Origin: Verrucomicrobiia bacterium | Lineage (GTDB): Bacteria; Chloroflexota; Limnocylindria; Limnocylindrales; CSP1-4 | Direction of reading: 5' to 3' | DNA: 46,017 nucleotides | NCBI GenBank assembly: GCA_035577485.1 | Contig: DATLVO010000333.1 | Span: 1 to 46,017, forward strand | Part shown: one piece after another, positions 39,626-46,017 of the stretch | Layout of the letters: every line of letters starts with the position of its first letter | Position numbering within the stretch: position 1 is the first letter of the stretch | Notes under the pieces: generated by a model | What the model saw: the letters and a program-made list of their open reading frames with translations, nothing else | What the model was told of the DNA's origin: nothing | The model's database searches: none | Position numbers and translations under genes: made by a program

Positions 39626-40179
39626 AAGGTGAGGTCCGGGAGCCGCCCGAGGTCGAGGATCCGGCCGTCGGCGGCGCGCACGCACTCCACGACGAGCGGG
39701 AGCCCGAGCTCGGTCTGCCGCTGCAGCGCGAGCTCGGCGCCGTCGCCCCAGTTCGCCACGCCGCGGTGGATCAGCACCGCGGGCGCGTCGACCGGGTTGT
39801 CAGGAACATAGAGCAGCGTGCGGGCACGTCCTAGGGCCGACCGGCCGGGCGCGTTGAGGCCCGGCGACGAGAACACCGCGTGCCCGGTGACCGGGCCTTG
39901 TGTGTAGCCGTCGGGCAGGAGCAGTGCCACCGCGTCGTCGTCCCAGCCGCGCAGGAAGCACGCGAACACGTAGTGGTTCGACCCTTCGAGCACGTCGCTC
40001 GCGTCGCCTCCGAGGCCCTCGGACTCGACGCGGAACGGGTTCGCCAGCGGCTTGAGCACGACGAGCCGCGTGCGGCCGACGAGCGTGCCGCCGTGCGGGA
40101 AGTCGTCGGTCAGGTCGGTCGGGTCGATGACGAGGCGCCCGGGGACGCGCAGCACGCGCGAGGCGGACCCGGCCGTCAC
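39622..40179 (-). CDS. Hypothetical structural protein (185 aa), possibly tail tube-like
   Basis: Track ORF 39622..40356 trimmed. GTG at 40179 overlaps the upstream stop. The function guess rests on position (after the morphogenesis gene) and size only. Confidence 0.4.
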   Translation of the reverse strand: MTAGSASRVLRVPGRLVIDPTDLTDDFPHGGTLVGRTRLVVLKPLANPFRVESEGLGGDASDVLEGSNHYVFACFLRGWDDDAVALLLPDGYTQGPVTGHAVFSSPGLNAPGRSALGRARTLLYVPDNPVDAPAVLIHRGVANWGDGAELALQRQTELGLPLVVECVRAADGRILDLGRLPDLTL

Positions 40180-40766
40180 CGCTCGACCTCCATAATCGCG
40201 ACGCCGATCGTCGCCTTCACGGCCGCGATCGTGCGGTCGGTGACGCCCACGAACGGCCGCGCGGGTACCTCGTGCTCGAGCTTCTTGCCCTTGAAACGCT
40301 GGTTCAGCAGCCAGCCGAGCTGCCGCTTGATCGCGCGCGGCTGCCGGCGGAGCCACCGCCAGAGCTCGGAGCGGACTCGGCCGTCGATCATGACGCTCTG
40401 GATCTTTCCGCCTCGGTGCATCACCTCAGCGTAGTCCAGGTTCGAGCCGACGCGAACGGAGTCGCGGCCGACGACCTCGAAGGCGATCGACGCGGCCAGC
40501 CGCCCGGTGTCCTGGAGCGCCGGGCGCGGCTCGAACCGCCGCCGCGGCGGCTCGCTCTTGCCGGCGGCGAAGTCGGCCAGGATCCCGAACACGTTCGGCA
40601 CGCCGCGCGGCGCCCACTGTGCGCTGCCGAATCCCTGGTCGCGGAACGCGCGCTGCGACTCCGCGACCATGATGACGCCGACCTGCTTGAGCGCCCTCTC
40701 GGGGTTCGCGATCGCGCGGCGGATCCGCTCGAGCTTCGCCCCGGGGTCGAACGAGGCCGTCGCCAT
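40176..40766 (-). CDS. Virion morphogenesis protein (Mu gpG / Phage_tail_S-like)
   Basis: AESQRAFRDQGFGSAQWAPRG...LQDTGRLAASIAFEV..VRVGSNLDYAEVMHRGG follows the family pattern (F..G....W.PL ... L.dTGrL..Si ... vGsn..YA.iHq.G). Confidence 0.7.
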   Translation of the reverse strand: MATASFDPGAKLERIRRAIANPERALKQVGVIMVAESQRAFRDQGFGSAQWAPRGVPNVFGILADFAAGKSEPPRRRFEPRPALQDTGRLAASIAFEVVGRDSVRVGSNLDYAEVMHRGGKIQSVMIDGRVRSELWRWLRRQPRAIKRQLGWLLNQRFKGKKLEHEVPARPFVGVTDRTIAAVKATIGVAIMEVER

Positions 40767-40773
40767 GGGGCGC

Positions 40774-41274
40774 CTAGGTGTTGTTGACGTCCGCCGGCGT
40801 GCTGCGCGGCAGGTACGCGGTGGGGAGGCTCGCGTCGTCCGACCAGCCGGCGACGCGGCGCCCGCTGGAGTCGGTCTCGGGGGCCTGCTGCACGCCGCTG
40901 TTCGAGCTCGGCGCGCCGTGCGCGCGGGCGCGCGTCTTACGGAACGTGGCGATCAGACCCGAGTCGCCGAACACCTCGTCCCACTTCACCTGCTCGATCG
41001 TCGAGCTCGCCCCGCCGCGCCGCCAGAGGACCGCGATGACCGCGAGCTTGGCGACCTCGAGTGCGGGCGGGTCGGTCGTCGCCACCGGCGCCGTCGGGTA
41101 GGGGGACTGCGCGTAGACGCCCCAGAGGTTCGTCACGGCCAGCGCCGCGTCGCCGCCGACGGCGTCGTCGATCGCCGTCGCGCTGCGGTCGCGGATGTTC
41201 GTCAGCGCGACGAGCCCGTCCTGGTCATAGCTCGCCTTGACGGCGTTCCAGAGCTCTGCGGACTCGGCGGTCAC
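40774..41274 (-). CDS. Head-tail connector-like protein (166 aa)
   Basis: C-terminal part of track ORF 40774..42579. GTG at 41274 overlaps the upstream stop. The function is inferred from position only. Confidence 0.45.
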   Translation of the reverse strand: MTAESAELWNAVKASYDQDGLVALTNIRDRSATAIDDAVGGDAALAVTNLWGVYAQSPYPTAPVATTDPPALEVAKLAVIAVLWRRGGASSTIEQVKWDEVFGDSGLIATFRKTRARAHGAPSSNSGVQQAPETDSSGRRVAGWSDDASLPTAYLPRSTPADVNNT

Positions 41275-42617
41275 GGGTCGGTGAAGGTAGGCGACCCCGA
41301 GCTCGGCAGGTAGCCGAGGCCCGAGACCCACAACCAGTATTGGATCTTGCCCGTGGCGGGCGCGCCGCCGGTGTCCGTGAACGTCAGGACGTCGTCGACG
41401 AGCCAGCGCACCGGCGCGCCCGCGTTCTGGCGCAGATACCACCACGTGCCGTCGACGAACCAGAACGGGGCGAACAGGAGGTCGTCGACGAGCAGGTAGC
41501 CGCTCGTCGGCGTGCTCCACTCGACCTGGATGTCCCAGCCGTCCTTGTTGAACCGGCGGAACCAGTTGTTCTGGCCGATCGGGATCAGGACCTCGTTCCA
41601 GCCGGCCGCGAGCGACGCGATGGTGACCGTCGTGCTCTGCGAGCCGAGCCGGATCGTGAACGAGCCGCCGACCGCGGTGCCCGGCGTCTTGTTTACCATC
41701 GCCCGCAGGAAGTAGGGCGTGTTGACGTCGAGCCGCGGCGTCCGCATGTTGAGCGTCGTCTGCCGCAGCGTGATCGTGCCGCTCCCCGCGGTGAGCTTGA
41801 GCGACGCGTCTACCGACGCATTGGGGAACGAGCGGTAGAACGTGCTCGTGTCCTGGCCGACGCCGGCGGAGCCGGCGAGCTCGTCCCACGCGGTGAACTT
41901 CGGCGTGCTCGACGCGTTGAACTCCGAGAACGACGAGTTCGTGAGCAGCGAGCCGCCGGACCCCGCGCCGGCGTTGCCGCTCACGATCAGCGTGCGCGAG
42001 GACTCGCCCGAGCCGAACGACGAGCGCAGCAGCGCGTCGGCGCTCGCGGCGGAGCCTACGAACTCGAAGGTCTCGGCCTCCTTCTGCACGCCGCTGTTCT
42101 GGTCCTGCCGGCAGCGGAACGCCTTCTTCTCGACGAAGCACGCTTCGAGCGGGAAGTTGTTCTCGTCGACGGTTAGCCGCGACATCGCGCCGTTGCCGAC
42201 GTTCGCGCCACCGGCCACCGCGCCGGCGTAGGTGATCGCGCGCGACTTGACCGAGAGGCCCTTCGCGACGAACCACTCGTAGAGCGCGCGGAACAGCTCG
42301 GACTCGTTGCGGAAGCCGGAGCCGAAGCCGACCGTCGCGTCGTTCTTGAGGATGCGCGCATACTCGAACAGCGCCGCCCGGTGCACGCCGAAGGCGGCGT
42401 TGGGCGTGATCGTGTTCGAGATCGCGGCGCGGAACGAGGTCACGAACCCCGCGAGCTCGAACGGCGTGTAGTCGCCCTCGAGGAGCTGCAGTAGCACGTC
42501 GAACTTGCCGCCGCCACCGGCCAGGGTGCCGTCGTAGAAGTTGCGCGACGTCTCGAGGACGTCGATGGCGGCGCGCCACTGGGACTGGATCTCCGCTTCG
42601 GTCGGCGTGCCGCTCAT
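41271..42617 (-). CDS. Virion structural protein (448 aa), function unknown
   Basis: Track ORF with normal composition. The C-terminal half is beta-rich, like a jelly-roll or CBM domain (..SLAAGWNEVLIPIGQNNWF..). Confidence 0.55.
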   Translation of the reverse strand: MSGTPTEAEIQSQWRAAIDVLETSRNFYDGTLAGGGGKFDVLLQLLEGDYTPFELAGFVTSFRAAISNTITPNAAFGVHRAALFEYARILKNDATVGFGSGFRNESELFRALYEWFVAKGLSVKSRAITYAGAVAGGANVGNGAMSRLTVDENNFPLEACFVEKKAFRCRQDQNSGVQKEAETFEFVGSAASADALLRSSFGSGESSRTLIVSGNAGAGSGGSLLTNSSFSEFNASSTPKFTAWDELAGSAGVGQDTSTFYRSFPNASVDASLKLTAGSGTITLRQTTLNMRTPRLDVNTPYFLRAMVNKTPGTAVGGSFTIRLGSQSTTVTIASLAAGWNEVLIPIGQNNWFRRFNKDGWDIQVEWSTPTSGYLLVDDLLFAPFWFVDGTWWYLRQNAGAPVRWLVDDVLTFTDTGGAPATGKIQYWLWVSGLGYLPSSGSPTFTDP

Positions 42618-42621
42618 TCGT

Positions 42622-43332
42622 TCAGCTCAGGAGCTTGTCGAGGTCGCCGAGCTCGTCCGGCCAATCGAGGCCGGAGACCTCCAGCGGGTCGGGGTAGAAC
42701 TCACCGCGCGAGCCGCGCTCCTGGTCGGCGCAGATCTGCGCGAACATGAAGCGAGCCGCGGGGACGTCGTGACGGCTCGGCACGTAGAGGTTGATCGCGG
42801 TCCCGTCCTTGCGGCGCTGCGCGACCTCCTCGGGCGACGGCACGGTGATGACGTGGCCCTTCCGCGGCTGCCGGTGCGCGTCGCCGATATTCTGGCCCGT
42901 GCCGGGCTCCTCCTTCTCGCCGCCGTCGTCGAGGAAGCGGATCACCGTGCGCGGGAGCTGCTCGCGAAGCCGGCGGATGCGGTCGGCGTCGAGGAACACG
43001 ATCGCGCCGATGACGGGCACGCGACGCTTCTGGCCGGTGCGGGCCGGGTCGTCGATCAGGAGCTCGTTCACCTTCGGGAAGTCGATGCCCGCGACGGTGA
43101 TCGACTGCACCGGGCAGGACGGCGAGACGCCGACCCAGTAGCGGTACTCGACGCCGACGGAAGCATCGTGGCGGCCGGCCTCGAGCACGAGCTCGCGGCC
43201 GGGGATCCGCGTCTTGGACGCGATCGGCGCGGCGGTCGGCTGCGGCGGGGCGAGCGTCGCCACCGCGGGGCGGCCAACGTCAGGATTGGTGCGCGGGACC
43301 AGCGGCCCCTCGGTGTCGTCTACGCGGGTCAT
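42622..43332 (-). CDS. Hypothetical protein (236 aa; start uncertain)
   Basis: Track ORF 42622..44199 trimmed to the ATG at 43332, which is preceded by GAGGCGGAG. The upstream part of the track ORF overlaps the capsid gene out of frame. Confidence 0.5.
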   Translation of the reverse strand: MTRVDDTEGPLVPRTNPDVGRPAVATLAPPQPTAAPIASKTRIPGRELVLEAGRHDASVGVEYRYWVGVSPSCPVQSITVAGIDFPKVNELLIDDPARTGQKRRVPVIGAIVFLDADRIRRLREQLPRTVIRFLDDGGEKEEPGTGQNIGDAHRQPRKGHVITVPSPEEVAQRRKDGTAINLYVPSRHDVPAARFMFAQICADQERGSRGEFYPDPLEVSGLDWPDELGDLDKLLS

Positions 43333-43445
43333 CTCCGCCTCGTGAGACTGGTGGTCCTCTGTAAAGTCGCGGGCCGGCGACCACGCAGAAGCCGACCCGC
43401 TACTCTGCCTTTCGCTGGGAGTCGCGACGAGCGACCCGCCTTGCC

Positions 43446-44429
43446 TCAGTTGTCGATCTTGATCGCGGCGTAGGGGAGCGCGACGCCGGCGCCGGCGCGC
43501 CGCTCCCACTGCACGTACTCCTCGCCCGTGTCGCGCGTGCGGTCGCCGTTGTTGTCTCCCTCGAGCGAGGAGAACTCCTCGACGCCCTGGCGGTCGAGCA
43601 GGAAGGCCGCCTTCTTCGGCGGGTTCTTGAGGAACAGGAACCAGTCGTTGTCGGTGATGCGCGCCGTGCTCCAGAGCTCGACGTTGCGGCTTGCGTCCTG
43701 CACGATGTTCGACGGCGTGCCCGACGCGGACCCGAGCGTTCCCTGGCGCTTCTGCAGGAACGCCTGCTCGAACACCTGGGTGTTCGCCGCGCCGTGGATG
43801 ATCGTCGCGCCCATGTCGATGATCTCGTCGCTCAGGAGCGGCTGGCCCTTGCCGTCCTGGAACAGCTTCCACTGCGCGATCGCGCGGTAGTAGTCGGTCA
43901 GGATCGCCGAGACCGTCGCGACGCCGGAGCCCGAGAGCAGGTTGCCCGAGCTCACGCCGAAGCGGTTCAGGCCGCCGGCGGTGGTCGCGAAGATGCTCGC
44001 GCCGTCCGGCGCCAGCGGTACCGCGGGGAGCGTGTTCGTCGCGTTCGTGATGACGTCGAAGAAGAACCGGATCGGGAGCAGCGCGGCGCTGTTGCCGGCC
44101 ATCCTCGCCATGTCGAACAGCGAGCCCGTCTGGTCGTCCTTGCGGTCCTCCTTGTGCCACGGGATGCGGCGGCCCCAGGTGTAGACCGGCACGGCCCACT
44201 GGACCGAGCGCATCGCGTCGCTCGGGATCGGGTCGCCGCGGCGCCAGTAGGTCATGTGGGGCGCGGCCTCGAAGTACGCGAACTCGTGCTGGCGGTTGGT
44301 CGCGCCGATGCCGAGGTCCATGACTTGCGCGAGCCGGCCGTCGGCCTGCCGGTTGTTGATCGCGAGGTAGGTGTCGGCGAACTCGGTGCGCAGGCCGTTC
44401 GCGAGGACCTGACTGGCAATGATCTGCAT
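43446..44429 (-). CDS. Major capsid protein (HK97 fold, Mu gpT-like)
   Basis: 327 aa, positioned after the scaffold and decoration genes. An SD (GGAGA) is present. The ends (MQIIASQVLANGLRTEFADTY.. and ..EEYVQWERRAGAGVALPYAAIKIDN) resemble the Mu gpT family layout as I recall it. Confidence 0.75.
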   Translation of the reverse strand: MQIIASQVLANGLRTEFADTYLAINNRQADGRLAQVMDLGIGATNRQHEFAYFEAAPHMTYWRRGDPIPSDAMRSVQWAVPVYTWGRRIPWHKEDRKDDQTGSLFDMARMAGNSAALLPIRFFFDVITNATNTLPAVPLAPDGASIFATTAGGLNRFGVSSGNLLSGSGVATVSAILTDYYRAIAQWKLFQDGKGQPLLSDEIIDMGATIIHGAANTQVFEQAFLQKRQGTLGSASGTPSNIVQDASRNVELWSTARITDNDWFLFLKNPPKKAAFLLDRQGVEEFSSLEGDNNGDRTRDTGEEYVQWERRAGAGVALPYAAIKIDN

Positions 44430-44461
44430 CGCTGGCGTTCTCCGTTAGGGGCGTGTTGCTG

Positions 44462-44974
44462 TTAGAGGGCGAGGTGCTCCGCCGGCGTGAACAGCTTCAC
44501 GTCGCCGATGCCGCTGGAGTAGAACCGGGTCGCGACGCCGACCGCCTTCATGTTCGTCGCCGCGACGGTCGTGAAGTCGGCCGGGTTGTCCGTCGTCGCG
44601 GCGAACACGAGCGAGCCGACCTTCGACTGGGTCGCGAACGTCGCGATCGCCTGCTGCTTGAGGGTCTCGCCCTCGGTGTTGATGCGGACCTCGACCGGCG
44701 GCGTCGCGGAGGTGTTGCCGAGTTTGTCCTCAAGGGCGATGCCGAGGAACTTGCACGTCGCGAGATCCGTCGGCTTGATGACGAGGCCGGTCGTCGTGTC
44801 GAGACAGACCAGCGAACCCGCGAACACCTGGAGCGCGTTCGTCAACGTATAGGACTCGCGACCGGCGCGCGGCTGCGACGGCTGGATCGTGTTCGCGGTC
44901 AGGTTCGCCATCCGCGGACTCGCGACAGCGAAGAACACCGCGGCGGCGAGCAGTAGGAGGAGGAGAGTCAGCAT
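44462..44974 (-). CDS. Head decoration-like protein (DUF2190-like); start 44974 or internal ATG 44911
   Basis: The core MANLTANTIQ..YTLTNALQVFAGSLVCLDTTTGLVIKP..GIALEDK..VEVRINTEG resembles DUF2190 proteins. The upstream ATG at 44974 has a good SD (GAGGGA) but adds 21 hydrophobic residues (MLTLLLLLLAAAVFFAVASPR). Confidence 0.5.
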   Translation of the reverse strand: MLTLLLLLLAAAVFFAVASPRMANLTANTIQPSQPRAGRESYTLTNALQVFAGSLVCLDTTTGLVIKPTDLATCKFLGIALEDKLGNTSATPPVEVRINTEGETLKQQAIATFATQSKVGSLVFAATTDNPADFTTVAATNMKAVGVATRFYSSGIGDVKLFTPAEHLAL

Positions 44975-45034
44975 CGGTCGGTCCCTCGAGTCGCGTTTCG
45001 GTTTCGGTTGGTACCCCGGAGGCGGTCGCGGAGG

Positions 45035-46017
45035 TCAGGCGGGCTTCTTCGCCTTGAGGCGCAGCCCGGCCTTCTCCATGTTGATCTGCACGTAGCGTTC
45101 CTCGCTGATCGTCGTATGCCCGCGCGCGCTGATGTCCTGCCACTCGCGCGCGAACTGCGCGGCCTTCTTCACCGCGTCGGGGCCGAGCTCCGTGTAGGGC
45201 ACGGCCGCCTCCGGCGCGGACGCCGCGGTCGCAGACGACGCCGCGAACGCGGCCGCCGCGGCGGCGTCGCTCGGGAGCACCGCGAACGTCGCGACCATCG
45301 AGTCGACGTACGCCTTGAACGGCTTCGGCCCGAACTCCTTGTGGAACGCCTCGAGCTTCGTCTTGATGTCGGCGCCGAGCGGTCGACCGGCGAGGCGCTC
45401 GAGCGCGGTCGCGACGTCGTCGCGCCGGACGTCGGTCGCGTCGCGATCGTCGAGCCGCGCCTTGAGCGCCGCGTTCTCGCCGGCGAGCTTCGCGAACTGC
45501 TCGCTCGTGTCCTTCGTCGCCGTCGCGTTCGCGTCCGCGGCGGCCTTCGCCGCGAGCGCCTTCTCCGCCTCGGCCTGACCCTTCGCCGCCGCCTCCGCCG
45601 CCGCCCGCTCCTCGTCCTGCTTGCTCATGGTTTCCCTCGTGCTCGTCGTGTCGCCGCCGGGCGCGCCGGCGGACGCCGGCGCGCCGCTCGGCGCGCCGGG
45701 GGTGGACTTGTCCTGCGACGCGCGCGAGTCGCGCAGCGCCTTGACCGCGGCCAGGATCGCGTCCAGGTCCGCGACGGTGATCGAACCGGCCTCGATGGAC
45801 TCGACGATCGCCTTGACCTTCGAGTCCTGCGCCGCCGCGGGCTTCTCACCCTCGGGGGTGTCCTTGCCGGCGTCGTCATCGTTCGCGTCGTTCACGTCCT
45901 GGGTGAGCAGGTACGCTGCCTGCCCTCGACGGAAGAACGCTACCACCGTGTCGCGGTCCGTCGACCTCCCGCGCGACCAGGGCTGCGCGAAAGTGGCACT
46001 TGCCACAAGGCGCTGGG
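45035..46017 (-). CDS. Scaffold-like coiled-coil protein; frame open to the right edge (probably the C-terminal part of the gpI-like protease/scaffold gene)
   Basis: The track ORF starts at GTG 46006, but the frame has no stop up to 46017. It has acidic/Ala/Lys-rich coiled-coil stretches (EERAAAEAAAKGQAEAEKALAAKAAADANA) and lies directly upstream of the decoration and capsid genes. Confidence 0.6.
   Translation of the reverse strand, partial: QRLVASATFAQPWSRGRSTDRDTVVAFFRRGQAAYLLTQDVNDANDDDAGKDTPEGEKPAAAQDSKVKAIVESIEAGSITVADLDAILAAVKALRDSRASQDKSTPGAPSGAPASAGAPGGDTTSTRETMSKQDEERAAAEAAAKGQAEAEKALAAKAAADANATATKDTSEQFAKLAGENAALKARLDDRDATDVRRDDVATALERLAGRPLGADIKTKLEAFHKEFGPKPFKAYVDSMVATFAVLPSDAAAAAAFAASSATAASAPEAAVPYTELGPDAVKKAAQFAREWQDISARGHTTISEERYVQINMEKAGLRLKAKKPA

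Noticed and set aside
1-46017. Transposable Mu-like prophage with host flanks
   Set aside because: Only the head module is Mu-like. I saw no MuA/MuB-type transposase, and both edges lie inside phage structural genes rather than host DNA.
1-46017. tRNA, rRNA, integrase/att sites and IS elements
   Set aside because: I found none by eye. Non-coding gaps are all under 115 nt and are occupied by promoter-like boxes, SDs or the terminator. A tRNAscan or profile search is still needed to exclude them formally.

Overview
This window is very GC-rich (about 70% by eye, not computed) and almost entirely coding. It reads as a complete or near-complete ~46-kb genome of a tailed dsDNA phage. I saw no host-like flanks, integrase, tRNA, rRNA, CRISPR or IS element.

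Gene calling: many overlapping ORFs in the track are GC artefacts. I chose the frame with normal amino-acid composition and high GC3. I trimmed Arg-rich N-terminal extensions back to start codons that overlap the upstream stop. There are about 30 such ATGA/GTGA/TTGA junctions.

Late and structural genes lie on the minus strand:
- A ParB-like nuclease, terS and terL run from 15446 down to 12737.
- An accessory island of about 8.7 kb follows (12736 down to 4060).
- Next come the portal, the Mu-F head-morphogenesis gene, a small HTH gene, a 178-aa gene and the 5' part of a Mu gpI-like protease gene, which runs off the left edge.
- The right edge opens inside a scaffold-like ORF. From 46017 down to 27950 it is followed by a decoration-like protein, a Mu gpT-like major capsid, connector and virion-morphogenesis genes, tail genes, a 1160-aa fibre, a cluster of small membrane proteins and a P4H-type 2OG-Fe(II) oxygenase cassette.
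- The two window ends therefore look like one gene cut by linearisation of a circular or permuted genome.

Early and replication genes diverge from a control region at 19226-19305:
- Leftward: a hypothetical gene, prim-pol/helicase, RusA and an HTH gene.
- Rightward: SNF2 helicase, DUF2800-like nuclease, DUF2815-like protein, family A DNA polymerase, small proteins and an SNase-like nuclease. This arm ends at a clear intrinsic terminator (27922-27949).

The most unusual signals:
- A 9-mer iteron array with an AT-rich core (probable ori) sits inside the helicase/rusA junction.
- A GGTAGCAT/GGTAGTGT box recurs 8-10 nt upstream of start codons that lack a Shine-Dalgarno (SD) sequence. These are candidate leaderless promoters.
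- The terL-portal island holds a Sec-signal 654-aa protein, a tandem SASA/SGNH esterase, a six-gene coupled cassette and an antisense Cys/zinc-rich operon.
- An oxygenase plus Pro-rich-protein cassette lies near a fibre that carries a ~185-aa Pro/Gly-rich segment.

I cannot recognise a function for roughly half of the proteins. All family assignments come from motif recognition by eye, not from searches.
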